A stretch of DNA of 64,000 nt, from assembly GCF_006345805.1 (NCBI RefSeq), contig NC_043021.1, positions 18,228,001 to 18,292,000 of the forward strand, in the 5' to 3' direction. The notes beneath the pieces are model-generated. The model did not search any database and was not told the DNA's origin. It saw nothing but the letters and a program-made list of their open reading frames with translations. This document shows positions 49,539-62,384 of the stretch, in pieces (the stretch's first letter is position 1; the number at the start of each line of letters is the position of its first letter). The stretch is from Octopus sinensis (taxonomy: Eukaryota). Made by a program: the position numbers and the translations under genes.

Positions 49539-49880
49539 CATCATCATCATCATCTTCGTTTAGCGTCCGCTTTCCATGCTAGCATGGGTTGGACGGTTCA
49601 ACTGGGGTCTGGGAAGCCAGAAGGCTGCACCAGGCCCAGTCTGATCTGGCAATGTTTCTATGACTGGATGCCCTTCCTAACGCCAACCACTCCGTGAGTG
49701 TAGTGGGTGCTTTTTACGTGCCACCAGCACAGGTGCCAGATGAGGCTGGCAAATGGCCACGATCGGATGGTGCTTTTTAAGTGCCACCGGCACGAGGCCA
49801 GTTGGGGTGGCGCTGGCAACGGCCATGTTCGGATGGTTCTCTTACGTACCATCGGCACTGGTATCACAGCAGCAATTTCC
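49539..49880 (-). mobile_element. Family D element
   Basis: Reverse copy. Others lie at 6413-6548(-), 50815-51000(+), 53302-53487(-), 56628-56818(+) and 62854-62998(-). Confidence 0.85.
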
Positions 49881-50198
49881 ATTGATGTTGATCGAGGAAA
49901 ATGTTTTAATCCAACAAGTCAAACTGTTAGATTCAAATACCCAATTAGGCTCACATTTGTTTTCTTGATGGTTCGGAAGACACAATAGCAATTGGTGACT
50001 TTGCCTAATCAGGGGATATCCTAGGAAAACCGAGGTGAGGTGCAATAGAAGAACTCCCGCTGAAAGCATTAATATTTTTGAAAAACTGTCATGTCTTATC
50101 TACCCTGGCTCCTGATGAAGCACCTGCACAACCACCTGATTGAAACAAACTAACGAGCTGTTTACAGACTCTGTGCTGCATCATTCTCCTTGCATTAA

Positions 50199-50726
50199 CT
50201 TTCCAGCATTCAGATTATTCTGTCAAATTTAATGCTTATTTATTCAGATTGACCAGTGCCAGTGGCATGTAAAAGAACCATCTGAATGTGGCCGTTGCCG
50301 GCGCCACCTCGACTGGCCTCCGTGCCGGTAGCACGTAAAAATTACCAACCAATCGTGGCCATTGCCAGCCTCACTTGGCACCTGTGCCGGTGGCTCGTAA
50401 AAAGCACCCACTACACTCACGGAGTGGTTGGCATTAGGAAGGGCATCCAGCTGTAGAAACACTGCCAGATCAGACTGGGCCTTGTGCAGCCTCCTGGCTT
50501 CCCAAACCACTGTCGAACCGTCCAACCCATGCTAGCATGGAAAGCAGACGTTAAACGCTGATGTTTTGAATCCTGCATTATCTCATTGCTTTGAGATTTT
50601 GAGGTTGTGATTGTTTATTTTTAGAATGGTATTGTAGAGTAAGTGTGAGAGGCCAGATCTGACCATTTTGAACACAGAACAGATAGAATATTCAGGCTGG
50701 ACAAGGCCAGTTTAAATGCTAAAGGG
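50199..50726 (+). mobile_element. piggyBac-type MITE family 1 with a nested RTE-tail element (about 50245-50563)
   Basis: MITE arms on both sides of the insert. Confidence 0.7.
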
Positions 50727-51518
50727 TGAAAAGATCTATTGAAAGACCTGTTTATATTGAATATGAGGTATTAAAAGGACTACCCTTAAAACTATTGAGA
50801 TTTTCAGGTATTGTTGTGGCATGTAAGAGCACCCACTACACTCTTGGTGTGGTTACCGTTAGGAAGGGCATCCAGCTGTAGAAATTTTGCCAGATCAGAC
50901 TGAGCCTGGAGCAGCCCCTGGCTCTCCAGTCCTCAGTCAAATCGTCCAACCCATGCCAGCATGGAAAGCTGACATTAAACGACGATGATGATGATGATGT
51001 TCTGATAATATTGTGTTTTTCATTTTGAGCATAGCAGAGAATGTAATAAAATGTATGTAAATTTGGGCTATACTTATAACATTAATAGAAATGGTTATGG
51101 AATCTCTGTGAGATTCTGCAGTTACTACCTGCTATTATTCCTGCTATAAATATCTTTGTGAACAGCTGTCTGAAAAGTTCTGTCAGTAAATGTCAGTGGA
51201 ACATTAAGTAAACTAAAACCAGGTTTAAATCAACTTTCATCTTGGCTTATTCACACTTCAATGGCGATGCATGATGTTCATGTTTATCTCTGTACAATGA
51301 TGAAGTGAGACAGCTATAACCAGGAAGTGAAATTTGGTCTCACTTAATCAGGTGCTTCCCTCTATTTCAGCCACATTTTAAGTTCAATCCAAGTAACAGT
51401 GACTGTCTTTAACCCCTTTGTTACCACATATCCTTTGAAATACTCTACCATTGTTTCAATTCATTTTGAAAATAAGGAAGAATTTGGTAAAATAACTATC
51501 ATTATTAATCCAGTGGTT

Positions 51519-51740
51519 GGCGGCGAGCTGGCAGACACGTTAGCACGCCGGGCGAAATGCTTAGTGGTATTTCGTCTGACGTTATGTTCTGAGTTCAAAT
51601 TCCGCCGAGGTCGACTTTGCCTTTCATCTTTTCGGGGTCGATAAATAAAGTACCAGTTTCGCACTGGGGTCGACGTAATCGACTTAATCCATTTGTCTGT
51701 CCCCTCTATGTTTAGTCCCTTGTGGGCAGTAAAGAAATAA
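51519..51740 (+). mobile_element. SINE family B (inside a piggyBac-type MITE family 2 remnant)
   Basis: Full-length copy. Confidence 0.88.
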
Positions 51741-51829
51741 ATTCAGTGTTTGGAACATAAATTAACACGAAATTTTGATGGAAGATTTTAATTGAAATCG
51801 TCTTTTTTTTCCTTTTCTTTCTGCCTTTA

Positions 51830-52470
51830 ACCCTCCTATGCTGAGTATAGGCCACTTGTAATTGAATTCCATGTCGCATAATTTTTTGCTTCTGTACTTA
51901 CACTCTGCCATGAATGTCCCCCTTTCTCCAATTCCGCACCACGAGTTCTTAGGCCTACCTCTCTTTCTACATCCCTTTGGTTTCCACTGTGAAGCACTTT
52001 TCACTACATTTGGTGTTTCTTTTCTAATTGTGCTACCAATCCACTTTCACTTTTTCTTAAATATTTGCTCCCTAATCGAAACTTCATTTGTTCTTTGCCA
52101 TAGCTCCATATTGCTTATGTGTTTGGGCCATCTAATTTTAAGTATACTACGCAAGCATCTGTTGATGAATCATTGTATTTGCTTATTTGACTTAACTGTT
52201 GTTCGCCATGTCTCAGCCCCATACAGTAATACTGCTTTTGCGTTAGTGTTAAAAATTCTTATTTTGTTCTTTATTGAAATTACACTTGCGCTCCATACTT
52301 TTTTTAACAGGTGAAAAGCGGTCCTTGCCTTACTTATTCTCATCTTAATATCTTTGTCGGTGCCCCCTGAGAACGTTACCTTACTACCTAAATACGTAAA
52401 CTCGGCTACATCCTTAGTTCACCAGTTTCTACTTTAATACATTCACTGTTTTCTTCATTAATGCGAATAA
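51830..52470 (-). mobile_element. Degenerate RTE LINE RT C-terminal fragment
   Basis: The minus strand reads EFTYLGSKV...LLYGAETW...INRCLRSILKIRW...WKPKGCRKRGRPKNSW, with stops. Confidence 0.88.
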
Positions 52471-52973
52471 TTTTTGATTTGTCGCGGTTGGCCAGAGGCT
52501 ATAGTAGAAGACACTTGCCCAAGGTGCCATGCAGTGGGACTGAACCTGGAACTATGTGGTTCGTAAGCAAGCTACTTACCACACCATATTTCTGCTTTTT
52601 TTTTTTTTTTTTGTAATCAAAAACATGTTTTCTGAAGTTCACCAGGGGAAGAGAGTCAGAACTGTTGACTTGTAAGGCCCATAGGGTTACACTGGGGAGA
52701 TTGATGTGGCTCAGCCAGTCTTGTGTAAACATCTGCTGGGTGAATAAATGAATGTCTGCATAAAAAACTCGGCTGGGAAGAGAACCAGGGAACCTCCTTG
52801 TTTGGATAAAAAAAACTAAGCCCTCATTTAATTCATGGTTCAGTTGTTCGGAAGGGTGAGCAATTGTTAAAAAGAAAAGAGTTAAATTCTCGTCCTTGTA
52901 AGGAAAATATTAAAAAATATGAAAACAATCTTGTATTACATAATGAAATTCTTTTATTTCAATGATATTCCAG

Positions 52974-53131
52974 ACACCTGCTACTGTCCAGAACTATAAA
53001 CCACAAAGTTAATCTCGAATTATCCAATGTGTTGTGTGGAATTTCAACATATACTTCATCAGGTTTAGTCTTTGGTTTGACACACCTGAAAGCTACCTGG
53101 AACTCCAAGAACTCCAAAGTTGGCATTAAAA
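52974..53131 (+). CDS. BLTP2: BLTP2 exon (HLLLSRTINHKVNLELSNVLCGIST...VGIK-N)
   Basis: gatattccag / gtaaga, 158 nt, phase 2->1. Compare human IFSTSISNVNISIQ...FALGFNSI. Confidence 0.88.
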
Positions 53132-54496
53132 GTAAGAATTCAAATTTTATTTGGTTATTTTTACCCCCCACAGACAGTGAATGCATCAAATAGAGAATGG
53201 TTATTTGGAAGTGTTTTGGCAGGGTGTGTGTGTGTGTGTGTGTTCTGTGTTAAAGTCGTAAAGAAAAGGGTCACACATGATGGCAGACATTACCAGAAAT
53301 AGTCATCGTCGTTTAACATCTGTTTTCCATGCTGGCATGGGTTGGACGGTTTGACCGAGGGCTGGCAAGCCAGTGGGCTGCACCAGGCTCCAATCTGATC
53401 TGGCAAGGTTTCTACAGCTGGGTGCCCTTCCTAATGCCAACCACTCCGAGAGTGTAGCAGATGTTATTATGTGCCACCGGCATGGGACCCAGAAATATAT
53501 ATATTTGTGTGTATAGGCATACATGCATGTTTTGTGTGTGTGTGTGTGGCTAAATTTCCAGATTTTTTCTCTCAAAGGGACCATGTAGGCATTCCAGCCC
53601 AAATCTCAAGTAAAACATCTGAGCTGGTAACGCTATGAAATGTGTAAACAATAACAGCTTAGACAAGGTCTCTTGATGATGATGATGTTTGGGATAATAC
53701 AGGTTGAGAGAAGGGCAAGGATACTGTACTGTAAACATATCCAGATGATGATGATGATGATGGCAATGTGGTGTGGTGATGGTTGCAATGGTAATATATC
53801 AAAATAAGCAACAAGAATGACTCCGGTAATTTGGTACAATCGTTTCATACTACATCATTTTATTAAATGTTGTAAGTATTACAACAGATTTAAGATGCTG
53901 AGTACTCATCAGCCAATTATAGAGGTTTTCCATTAATACAAAAATTTTCAAATCAAGTGGCAACATTATAGAGAGCATAGATATTTAGACTAAGATGTGG
54001 ATTTAAATGTTAAGAACATATGAAGTAGTAGAGTCCACTGACTGACTAAAAAGTGGGTGTTATATTTGTGGTAGTGGTGGTGATGTGAGGAAGCCGGTGA
54101 GGTTTGTGAAGACTTACAATGCTACTCATCATGGTTCCTTTCTCATCTCATCCACGAGAGTCTGTTGGAAATAACAACGAGATCCTCTCATGTCTTTAAA
54201 CATGAAGGACACACTGGACAGTGTGGTCCTAGATGTGCCAAGAGATGAGATGGTCATGGTTGGAATACTTTTGATTATGGCTGACCTAGGGCTAAACAAT
54301 GCCATAATGTCAACTTAGCATCATCACAGACCAAAAAAGAACAAGGAAGCAAAACCTGGTTTGTCCATTCCTTTGTGTTTTTCCTTCTACATTGTGTTAC
54401 AACCCAATAAGAAAGTGTCTATGTGATCATGCAACCAGCTAGAAACATTAACCAAATCTCCCTCATAATCACTGTTGTTAAAGGACACATTGCATA

Positions 54497-54716
54497 ATGT
54501 ACCACACAATATACTATATGTTTTAATATGCTTCAGCTAGGTCATGGTTGGATTGTCTTTTACTGTAAATGTACCACTCAATATATTATGTTTTAATATG
54601 CTTCAGCTAGGTCATGGTTGGACTGTCTTTTACTGTAAATGTACCACTCAATATACTATATGTTTTAATATGCTTCAGCTAGGTCATGGTTGGACTGTCT
54701 TTTACTGTAAATGTAC
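54497..54716. repeat. 3 x ~71-bp tandem repeat
   Basis: Units start near 54497, 54568 and 54638. Confidence 0.92.
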
Positions 54717-54781
54717 TTGATCAGGGCTGCTGTAAGACTAAACAACAACTGTAACATTTTTTCCTTTTCTTTTCTTCACAG

Positions 54782-54945
54782 ATGTTCCAGAATGTTCTTG
54801 GCTTGACTGCTATGATGTTTCAGCTGAACTGGATGTCCAGTCTGTCTATTGTCAACTGGCCACCGTCAAAGTGTCACATGACAGTTTCAACAACAAGAGA
54901 CATTACTGGGATAACATTGTCTACTTGGGAATTATTATGATCCGG
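54782..54945 (+). CDS. BLTP2: BLTP2 exon (VPECSWLDCYDVSAELDVQSVYCQL...RHYWDNIVYLGIIMIR)
   Basis: tttcttcacag / gtaacc, 164 nt, phase 1->0. Compare human LTVDHLCWRV...HVWGEALVL. Confidence 0.9.
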
Positions 54946-55399
54946 GTAACCATTTCTTGATTCTTCTGTTAATCAGTCAAAAGAAGGCATTTTAGAATAA
55001 GGACCAATTGCTGGTGTTGTCATGTTATCTCCTGTACAGCAGCACACCTGATCCCACATAGCGGTTCGGCAAAAGAGACCGATAGAATAAGTACTGGGCT
55101 TACAAAGAATAAGTCCTGGGGTCGATTTGTTCAACTAAAGGTGGTGTTCCAGCATGGCCGCAGTCAAATGACTGAAACAAGTAAAAGAGTAAAAGCGTAT
55201 ACACTGTGAATTCTTCATTAAGAAGAGTGTTGTTAAGCAAAGGCATACAACCCCTCTTTAGCTTACCTTAATCTTTCTCATTGAAGACGGTGTTTGTGGG
55301 GAAACTACAGTGGAGAAGTCTACCTGTAATAGGGTCGGATTGATAAGAGTGTGGGGTTTATTTCATGTCTGAAATGATGTCAAATAATACGTGTATGTA

Positions 55400-55672
55400 T
55401 ATCTATGTATTTGTGTGTGTGTGTGTGTTTGCAATGTGGTGTATTATCTCTGTAAGTGTGTGAGTGTTTGATGTGGCATATGAACTTGTATATGAATGTC
55501 TCTGCTTGTGTGTATGTGTGTATGCATGAATGCTGTAGTGTGTGTGTGTGTGTGTGTGTGTGCAATGTGGTGTATTATCTCTGTATGTGTGTGAGTGTCT
55601 GATGTGGCATATGAACTTGTACATGAATGTTTCTTGCTTGTGTGTATGTGTGTATGCATGAATGCTGTAGTG

Positions 55673-55704
<32 letters not shown>

Positions 55705-55840
55705 AATGTGTATTTTCTCTGTATGTGTGAGTGTCTGATGTGGCATATGAACTTGTGTATGAATGTCTCTGCTTGTGTGTATGTGTGTATGCATGAATGC
55801 TGTAGTGTGTGTGTGTGTGTGTGTATGTGTGTGTGTGTAT
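55400..55840. repeat. Three ~130-140-bp tandem units containing (TG)n
   Basis: TGCAATGTG...GATGTGGCATATGAACTTGT recurs near 55430, 55561 and 55702. Confidence 0.9.
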
Positions 55841-55897
55841 TCATGGCAACCACCATGCCTCACTCCACACCTTACCCTTATCAATTTAATATTTCAG

Positions 55898-56222
55898 GTT
55901 TCCAAATTGGGTAAGGAACTTAAGGTGAACGGTATGAAGGACAACATCCAGTTGGAATGGTCGACCACTGCCATGGACACATTGGTTGAACTGGTCAAAT
56001 ATTTACCAAAGTGGAAGAAGAAATCAACACCTTTGGTCCTCACCACGACCACCACCACCTCAAGTAGTTCTGCCGCGGAAGGAGGAGTGCAGTCATTGGC
56101 AGAAGAGACTGTTACAAGTGAACAGTCAGAACCGGTGGCCCCTACGTGGTTCAGCTCCCTGTTATATTCCATCAACTACAAAGTGCTCAATCTCAACCTT
56201 TTTGCTTGTAACAACCAAAAAG
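55898..56222 (+). CDS. BLTP2: BLTP2 exon (VSKLGKELKVNGMKDNIQLEWS...NLNLFACNNQK-V)
   Basis: atttcag / gtgaga, 325 nt, phase 0->1. Lies inside track ORF 55763..56473. Compare human WKVDLKVEDMNLF. Confidence 0.9.
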
Positions 56223-56229
56223 GTGAGAA

Positions 56230-56455
56230 TTCTTCTTCTTCTTCTTCTTCTTCTTCTTCTTCTTCTTCTTCTTCTTCTTCTTTTTTCTTCTTCTTTTTTC
56301 TTCTTCTTTCTGCTTCTTTCTTCTTCTTTTTCTTCTTCTTTCTGCTTCTTCTTCTCCTTCCTCTTCTTGTTGTTCTTCTCCTTCCTCTTGTTCTTCTTCT
56401 TTCTTCTTCTCATTCTTCTTCTTCTCCTTCTCCTTCTTCTTCTGCTGCTGCTGCT
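56230..56455. repeat. (TTC)n-based polypyrimidine tract
   Basis: Starts 8 nt after the donor of exon 55898-56222. Confidence 0.95.
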
Positions 56456-57867
56456 CATACAATTTATGTTTGATGGGTGTCTAATTCACCCTTTTTCTCC
56501 CACATTCACCAACACACTGCAATCTTCAATCCGTCAACTTTCTGTATCTTCTTCCTGTAACTTTTACTCATACTACTACTACTACACCATTGCTGCTATC
56601 CTGAATTATTCTATCATTATTGCTGGTGCTGCATAAAAAGCATCCTGTACACTGCAAATTAGTTGGTGTTTGGAAGGGCATCCATTTGTAGAAACCATAC
56701 CAAAACAGGCAATGGAGCCTGGTGTGCCCCCCCCATCCCCAGCCCTACCAGCTCCTGTCAAACCCTCTAACCCATGCCAGCAGGGAAAATGGATGTTGAA
56801 TGATGATGATGATGATGGTTTCAGTCATTGGATCTCAGTGTGGTATAATAGATTACTTTGTGGAGGTGCATGGCATAGTGGTTAGGGTGTTGGACTCATG
56901 ATCATAAGATTGTGGTTTCGATTCCTGGATCGGGTGATGTGTTGCTCCTGTCCACTCAGCTGGCAAAATTGAGTTAATCTTGCGATGAACAGGTGTCTTA
57001 TCCAGGTGGGGAACATATATGCCTTGAAACCGGGAAACCGGCCCTTACGAGTCAGTATGACTTGAGAAGGTAACCTTTAATTTTTCCTTTATAATAGATT
57101 ACTTTAACCTCAGAATTAAAATTTTGATTGATACATATTTTATTATCACCACAAGGTCCAGTTCTTGTTGTGGTGACTTGTGTACCTCTGTAGCCCCGAG
57201 TGCCAGCTCCTGGCAGAGCCTTTCATGATGATCAGGTGAAAGGATAGAGGCCTGACTAATATGGACCACCTCTTCCCAGAAGTGAAAATGGGTTTGTGTA
57301 GGGCTGTAAACACACCTATGTAGGAGGGGGGAAAAAAAAAGCAATGATAATTCAAGACCTGGAAAGGGAGGCCTTACCTGAGAGAAACATGAGATGGTGC
57401 TGAAAAATCCAAATAGAAATATGGGAGACTGACTGGAAAGAAGCAGAAAAGACAACCCAGAGTAGGAAACGGTGGAAAAAAGGGATGCTGATGTCCTGTG
57501 TTCCATAGGGAGGAAAGGGCTTAAGTGAAGAAATGACATATTTTATAACCTCAGAAAGACAAAAAGGACATAGGTGAAATTTGAACTTGGTTCAATGTGT
57601 TTTGTCTGTTGCTATACCAGTCCTGTTTTCTGTCCCCTATTCTACAACAATCCCTGTTCTTCTGTCAAATGTTGTGATGACTGACTAAACATTCTAATGT
57701 TACAAGCACCTTATCAATCCCTGCCTCGGATACACTCCTCTCGTTTGTCCCCATTTGCATATTAAATTTAAATTGGCAGAAACAGCTGAATGAATTCTTC
57801 AATATCAAAGCCTTGCTTCTATTAATGACGTTTTCATTAAACAATAATTATTTTCCTGTCATTGTAG

Positions 57868-57974
57868 TGTGCCTGCTGTTATGCCTTGATGCTGTGTCTC
57901 TTGAATACCGACAACATCAGGCAATTATTCCGGTGGTCAGTTGTAAATTAGTTTACCTTACCATTGCCGACAGC
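57868..57974 (+). CDS. BLTP2: BLTP2 exon (CLLLCLDAVSLEYRQHQAIIPVVSCKLVYLTIADS)
   Basis: cattgtag / gtaagt, 107 nt, phase 1->0. Confidence 0.88.
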
Positions 57975-58777
57975 GTAAGTATTAATGGTTCTTCAGAGCT
58001 TCAGCCCAGCCCAGGTATTTCAGTTGCTATTTATAACCCAGGACAGCCCCCAATCCAGTAAATCTTTGCTCAAACCCATTTTAGTTGTGATCATCTTGTA
58101 TCTTAGACTGTATTAGCTAAAGTATGTCCTTCTGCTTTTTAAGATGAGAGGATGTTATTTGAGGGAATTTTGACTACTATTTCTAGCAATTGAATGACAA
58201 CTTACAATCTCTCTCTCTAAAATATTAGCTGGTGTTTCTGTGTAATAAATGCGGTGCACTACTCTACTGTAGCTTCAACATTGTCATTGCAAACCACTGT
58301 TGCTACTATCCTATACAATTTTAATCTTTCATTGGTTTCAGTCTTTGAACCTCAGTGCAGCCTTACCTTTTAAGGTATAGTCAATTACTTGGACCCAAGA
58401 ATTATTTTATTGACCTCCTACATATTATTTTGACTCTAGAAAGATGGACAAAGTGGATCTGGGTGGGATTTGAACTGTGATCAATGTATTTTGTCTGTTG
58501 CTATCCCAATTCTGTTGTTTCTTCCCACTATATCTGTAAAGTAATTTGGCCCTAAACAAATAATTTCAACCATTTTAGGGAGCTGCTTACCCTTGATGAG
58601 AATTGTCCCTTATTTATAACAAACATCAAGGTTAAGCATTGCCCTCCTGATATATATAAGGCTCATTTTAACTGGCTCACTCTGTGTTCCAAGTGACAGG
58701 ATTGTATTACTTTGGCAACAGACAATTCTTTAAATCTATACTATTTTCTAATTCTTTGTTTTGCCATCTTTGTACAG

Positions 58778-58864
58778 TTCCTGACTCTGCAGAAATGTGC
58801 CGATATTAAAGACTCTGTCATTCAGCTCCATGAAGTCCAAATCAACTATAAACAGGTGGAAAAG
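58778..58864 (+). CDS. BLTP2: BLTP2 exon (FLTLQKCADIKDSVIQLHEVQINYKQVEK)
   Basis: tttgtacag / gttggt, phase 0->0. An alternative in-frame donor follows 58855. Compare human [21 protein letters not shown]. Confidence 0.85.
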
Positions 58865-59317
58865 GTTGGTAACAGACTTGAAAACAATTCGTTATTTTAT
58901 ATCATGTTTTCTGTGTCCACCCTGGGGCAACTGGGATAAAATTGAAGAGAAGGTGTGTCATTTGTTGTGGTAGAGAAATGTGTGTGTGTGTGTGTGTTTT
59001 ATATCCTGGTGTTGGATAAATAATTTAACAAAGCAGGGGGAAAGAAAGTATTCACATGATGCACTTCTATTACTGTCACATGAGGTTAAGCATTCTCTGC
59101 CAACAGCTCACAGTGAAATGCTTCCCTGAACTCTGACAGTTCTTTATTTTATAGTAATGGGTCAGTCCACTTTTAGTCACATGGTGTGGTCAGAATCCTT
59201 CTGCAACAGTGTGTGTGATTAGTTGTCACAGAAGAGAAGCTGTGTCGTATGAGCTTCTGGGAGAACAAGAACTCTAAGTAGTATCACATTTCCAAACTTA
59301 GAATTGTGAATTGATGT

Positions 59318-59351
<34 letters not shown>

Positions 59352-59419
59352 ATGTGCTTGTTTTGTAGACTTGCTCATGTTTTTCTCTGTCCACCTGTAT
59401 GTGTGAGTGTGTGTTTATA

Positions 59420-59684
59420 CAGTTGTGGTCAAAAGTTTGGAACATTTTTTTAAAAGATTAAAATTGTTATACCCGAGTACAATTCAATTCAAATATATGC
59501 AACGTAGAGATATACTTACCTTATCGCTGATTCAATGGGTCAATATTTAGAAGAAAAAATTTCCAGACCTGTATTCCAAACTTTTGACCAAGTAATAATA
59601 TATTGAAAATTAAATGGAATTTGGGGCATTTAATATAAAAATTCTAATTTTCAGACTTGTGTTCCAAACTTTTGGCCACAACTG
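59420..59684. mobile_element. Tc1-type MITE
   Basis: 25-bp TIRs CAGTTGTGGTCAAAAGTTTGGAACA / TGTTCCAAACTTTTGGCCACAACTG, with an internal TIR-like copy near 59572-59590. Confidence 0.85.
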
Positions 59685-60120
59685 TGTGTGCATATTTTTA
59701 TATTATTTTGCATATTTGTTTTAGTTTATTTTTGTTGTGTGTGTTTTGGTGTTTTGTGTGTGAATGTGTAGCTAGATGACAGTGTGTTTTGAACCACCAC
59801 ATTTCCCAGTTTCAGACCACAGCTATCATAAAGGCGTTAAGCATACTTGATTGTGGCTCGGTCAATCAGGTCAACTGGTGAGTCGAAATCTTTCCACCAA
59901 ATCATTTATAGAATGTTCTGGAACTTTTTTGCTGATGATACATAAAAAGTAACCAAATCTAACTAAAACGAGCTATCAGATTCTACGGGAGGTTATGTTG
60001 TTTCTCAGTTATTCTATCTTTAAATATTAACAATGGCTGAAGACACTAAACAGAGTTATTGTTGTCATCATCATCATCATCATCATACGTCTGTTGTCCA
60101 TGCTGGCATAGGTTGGACGA

Positions 60121-60343
60121 CATGAGCTGGCAGAAACGTTAGCAGGCGAAGTGCTTAGCGGTATTTCGTCTGCTGCTACATTCTGAGTTCAAATTCCGCC
60201 GAGGTCGACTTTGCCTTTCATCCTTTCGGGGTCGATTAAATAAGTACCAGTTAGGCACTGGGGTCGATATAATCGACTTAATCCGTTTGTCTGTCCTTGT
60301 TTGTCCCCTCTGTGCTTAGCCCCTTGTGGGTAGTAAAGAAATA
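60121..60343 (+). mobile_element. SINE family B inserted in an RTE-tail element
   Basis: TSD ATAGGTTGGACGA at 60108-60120 and 60341-60353. Confidence 0.88.
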
Positions 60344-61072
60344 GGTTGGACGATATAACCAGAGCTGGCAAACCAGGAAGAAATATTATGTAAAGTCATT
60401 TTTGTTTCTGTAACTTGATCTGTCCTTGCTGATTATGAATTGTTGTGGCATTTATACCAGCCTGCTGCAGTGACCAAATGTTCTTTGTCAATTTTCAAAT
60501 GCTGTAGAAAAACATACAAATGAAAAATTGTAAACAGTTTGGTGAGATTTTGTGAATTGAACACACAACACACAAATCTTATTTATTGTCAATTATTTAT
60601 TAACTTACATCACAGCCAGTGACAGTGCTTGGCCTAGTGGTCAGTGTTGCACTCATGATCACAAGATCTTGGTTTCAATTCTCTGACTGAGTGATGCATT
60701 GTGTTCTTGAGCAAGATACTTCATTTCACTTTGCTGTGTGATTGTTTTGACTTGTGATGTGTGACACATCATTCCCCTGTAGAGGCAATGTCGATTTGAT
60801 GAAAGGAGTTAGCTAATGGACAGTACAAATGTTTGATCACTATAACCAAAATCACCTGTGCAGGTTGCTCGACCAGACGTTGCAGAAACCTTGTATATTG
60901 TCTATGACAGAAGGGTTGACATCATAGCCACACTGAAAATGTTTGCCTGTTTTTGAGTATGTTGTTTCTGTCACTATATATTTGAGATTGTACATCTTGT
61001 ATGTGAGTTTGTGTTGTTGCTGCCAAAGTTACTTCTCGATAACTACTTTAATCCACCTATGTTACCTTTCAG

Positions 61073-61184
61073 GGCCTCACTCTCTTAATTCCACATGAAA
61101 TCCAATTATTCTGGGAGACATGCATTCATTGCTGCCTGATACAGTTCTTAGAAGATGTTCAGAACCTCCAGAAGAAGCTGAAAG
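61073..61184 (+). CDS. BLTP2: BLTP2 exon (GLTLLIPHEIQLFWETCIHCCLIQFLEDVQNLQKKLK-E)
   Basis: cctttcag / gtttgt, 112 nt, phase 0->1. Compare human LTLLWSPPDHMYL. Confidence 0.88.
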
Positions 61185-61750
61185 GTTTGTATAAGATTTT
61201 TCCCCCTCACATCAGAAGATGGGGCAAAACTAAAGTCAGTGAAGCATTTACCTTTTGCTTGTTTCAGTCACAGGGCTGCTGCAATGCCAGAGCACCACCA
61301 TGAAGGGTTTGGTCAAGCAAATCACACCCCGGGATTTATTATTTTAAGAGTCTGATATTTCCTCTATTAACCTCTTTTGTTCAACTGCTGACTTATAGGG
61401 ACATAAACAAAACAACACTGGTCATCAAGCGGTGTGGGGACAAACACAAAGACACATACACACATATACGGCAGGCTTCCACACAGTTTTCATCGACCAA
61501 ATTCATTCATAAGACATTGCTCAGTCTACTTCTATAAATTTTGCTTGTCAGTATTTGCAGGAGGGCTGACTGAGGAAACAGTTTGGGTCTCTGAATCCGT
61601 TTTAATCTACCCTACACGTGTGTGTGTGTGGTGTGTATGTAATTTCATGCTCACACACGCTACACACAAACATCAAGGTGAAACAAAGAATGAATTAATA
61701 TCACATAAAATGCAATTGTATTCATGATCTTCCTTTGATTATTTTTTCAG

Positions 61751-61904
61751 AGTTATCTGCTGCTAGTGGTGCTGCTGCTGTTGTTAGTGAACCAAAAGTC
61801 CAAAAGACATCGGTGCTATCAGATGTGAAATCTAAGAATATTTCCATTAATCTTATTCTACAAGCAAGAGCTGTCTTTTCAGCAAATCTTCCTGGCAACC
61901 ACAA
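61751..61904 (+). CDS. BLTP2: BLTP2 exon (LSAASGAAAVVSEPK...VFSANLPGNH-N)
   Basis: attttttcag / gtgagt, 154 nt, phase 1->2. Confidence 0.87.
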
Positions 61905-62028
61905 GTGAGTTGTTGGTATTATTGTCAAGGCTTATTCAGGGCCCACCTTGCACTTGATACAGACCCCTTTCTGCTGTATAGCACTATCACAATTTATCCG
62001 TCTCTATCCCTCTTTCACACACACACAC

Positions 62029-62330
62029 CTCAAAAGAGCTGTTCTTCACTCCTGCTCCAGAGCGTCGGCTGCGGGGTCATTCCGAAAAGCTCTACCTGCG
62101 ACGATTTCATCTCAATCGAAGGAGAGGAGCTTTCTCCGTCCGGGTTGCGGATCCGTGGAACAAGCTGCCAGACGAGATGGTGAAGATGCCGACGACCGCT
62201 TTGTTCAAAGCCTCCCTTGACCTCAAGTGGCCTGAACTCTTTACATGAACACCACCCTGTACTTAACTCCATGTCCCCCTACATGGCCTTGCTTTTTGCT
62301 TTTGAGCCAAATTAACTAACTAACTAACAC
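62029..62330 (+). mobile_element. CR1-type LINE 3' end, family 2
   Basis: RLRGHSEKLYLRRFHLNRRRGAFSVRVADPWNKLP...KWPELFT*, with an (AACT)n tail. Confidence 0.85.
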
Positions 62331-62384
62331 ACACACTAGAGTGTGTGTATGTTGTATTTGTCTCTTTCTGTTCTCTGTTCCACT

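Noticed and set aside
50105-50160. CTGATGA...GAAAC with GCTC/GAGC flanks, a third hammerhead candidate
   Set aside because: Helix II does not pair and there is no NUH triplet in register. At most a highly decayed relic.
55986-56636. Poly-Leu/Phe and poly-Lys/Arg ORFs
   Set aside because: These are alternative readings of the (TTC)n tract and of the real exon.
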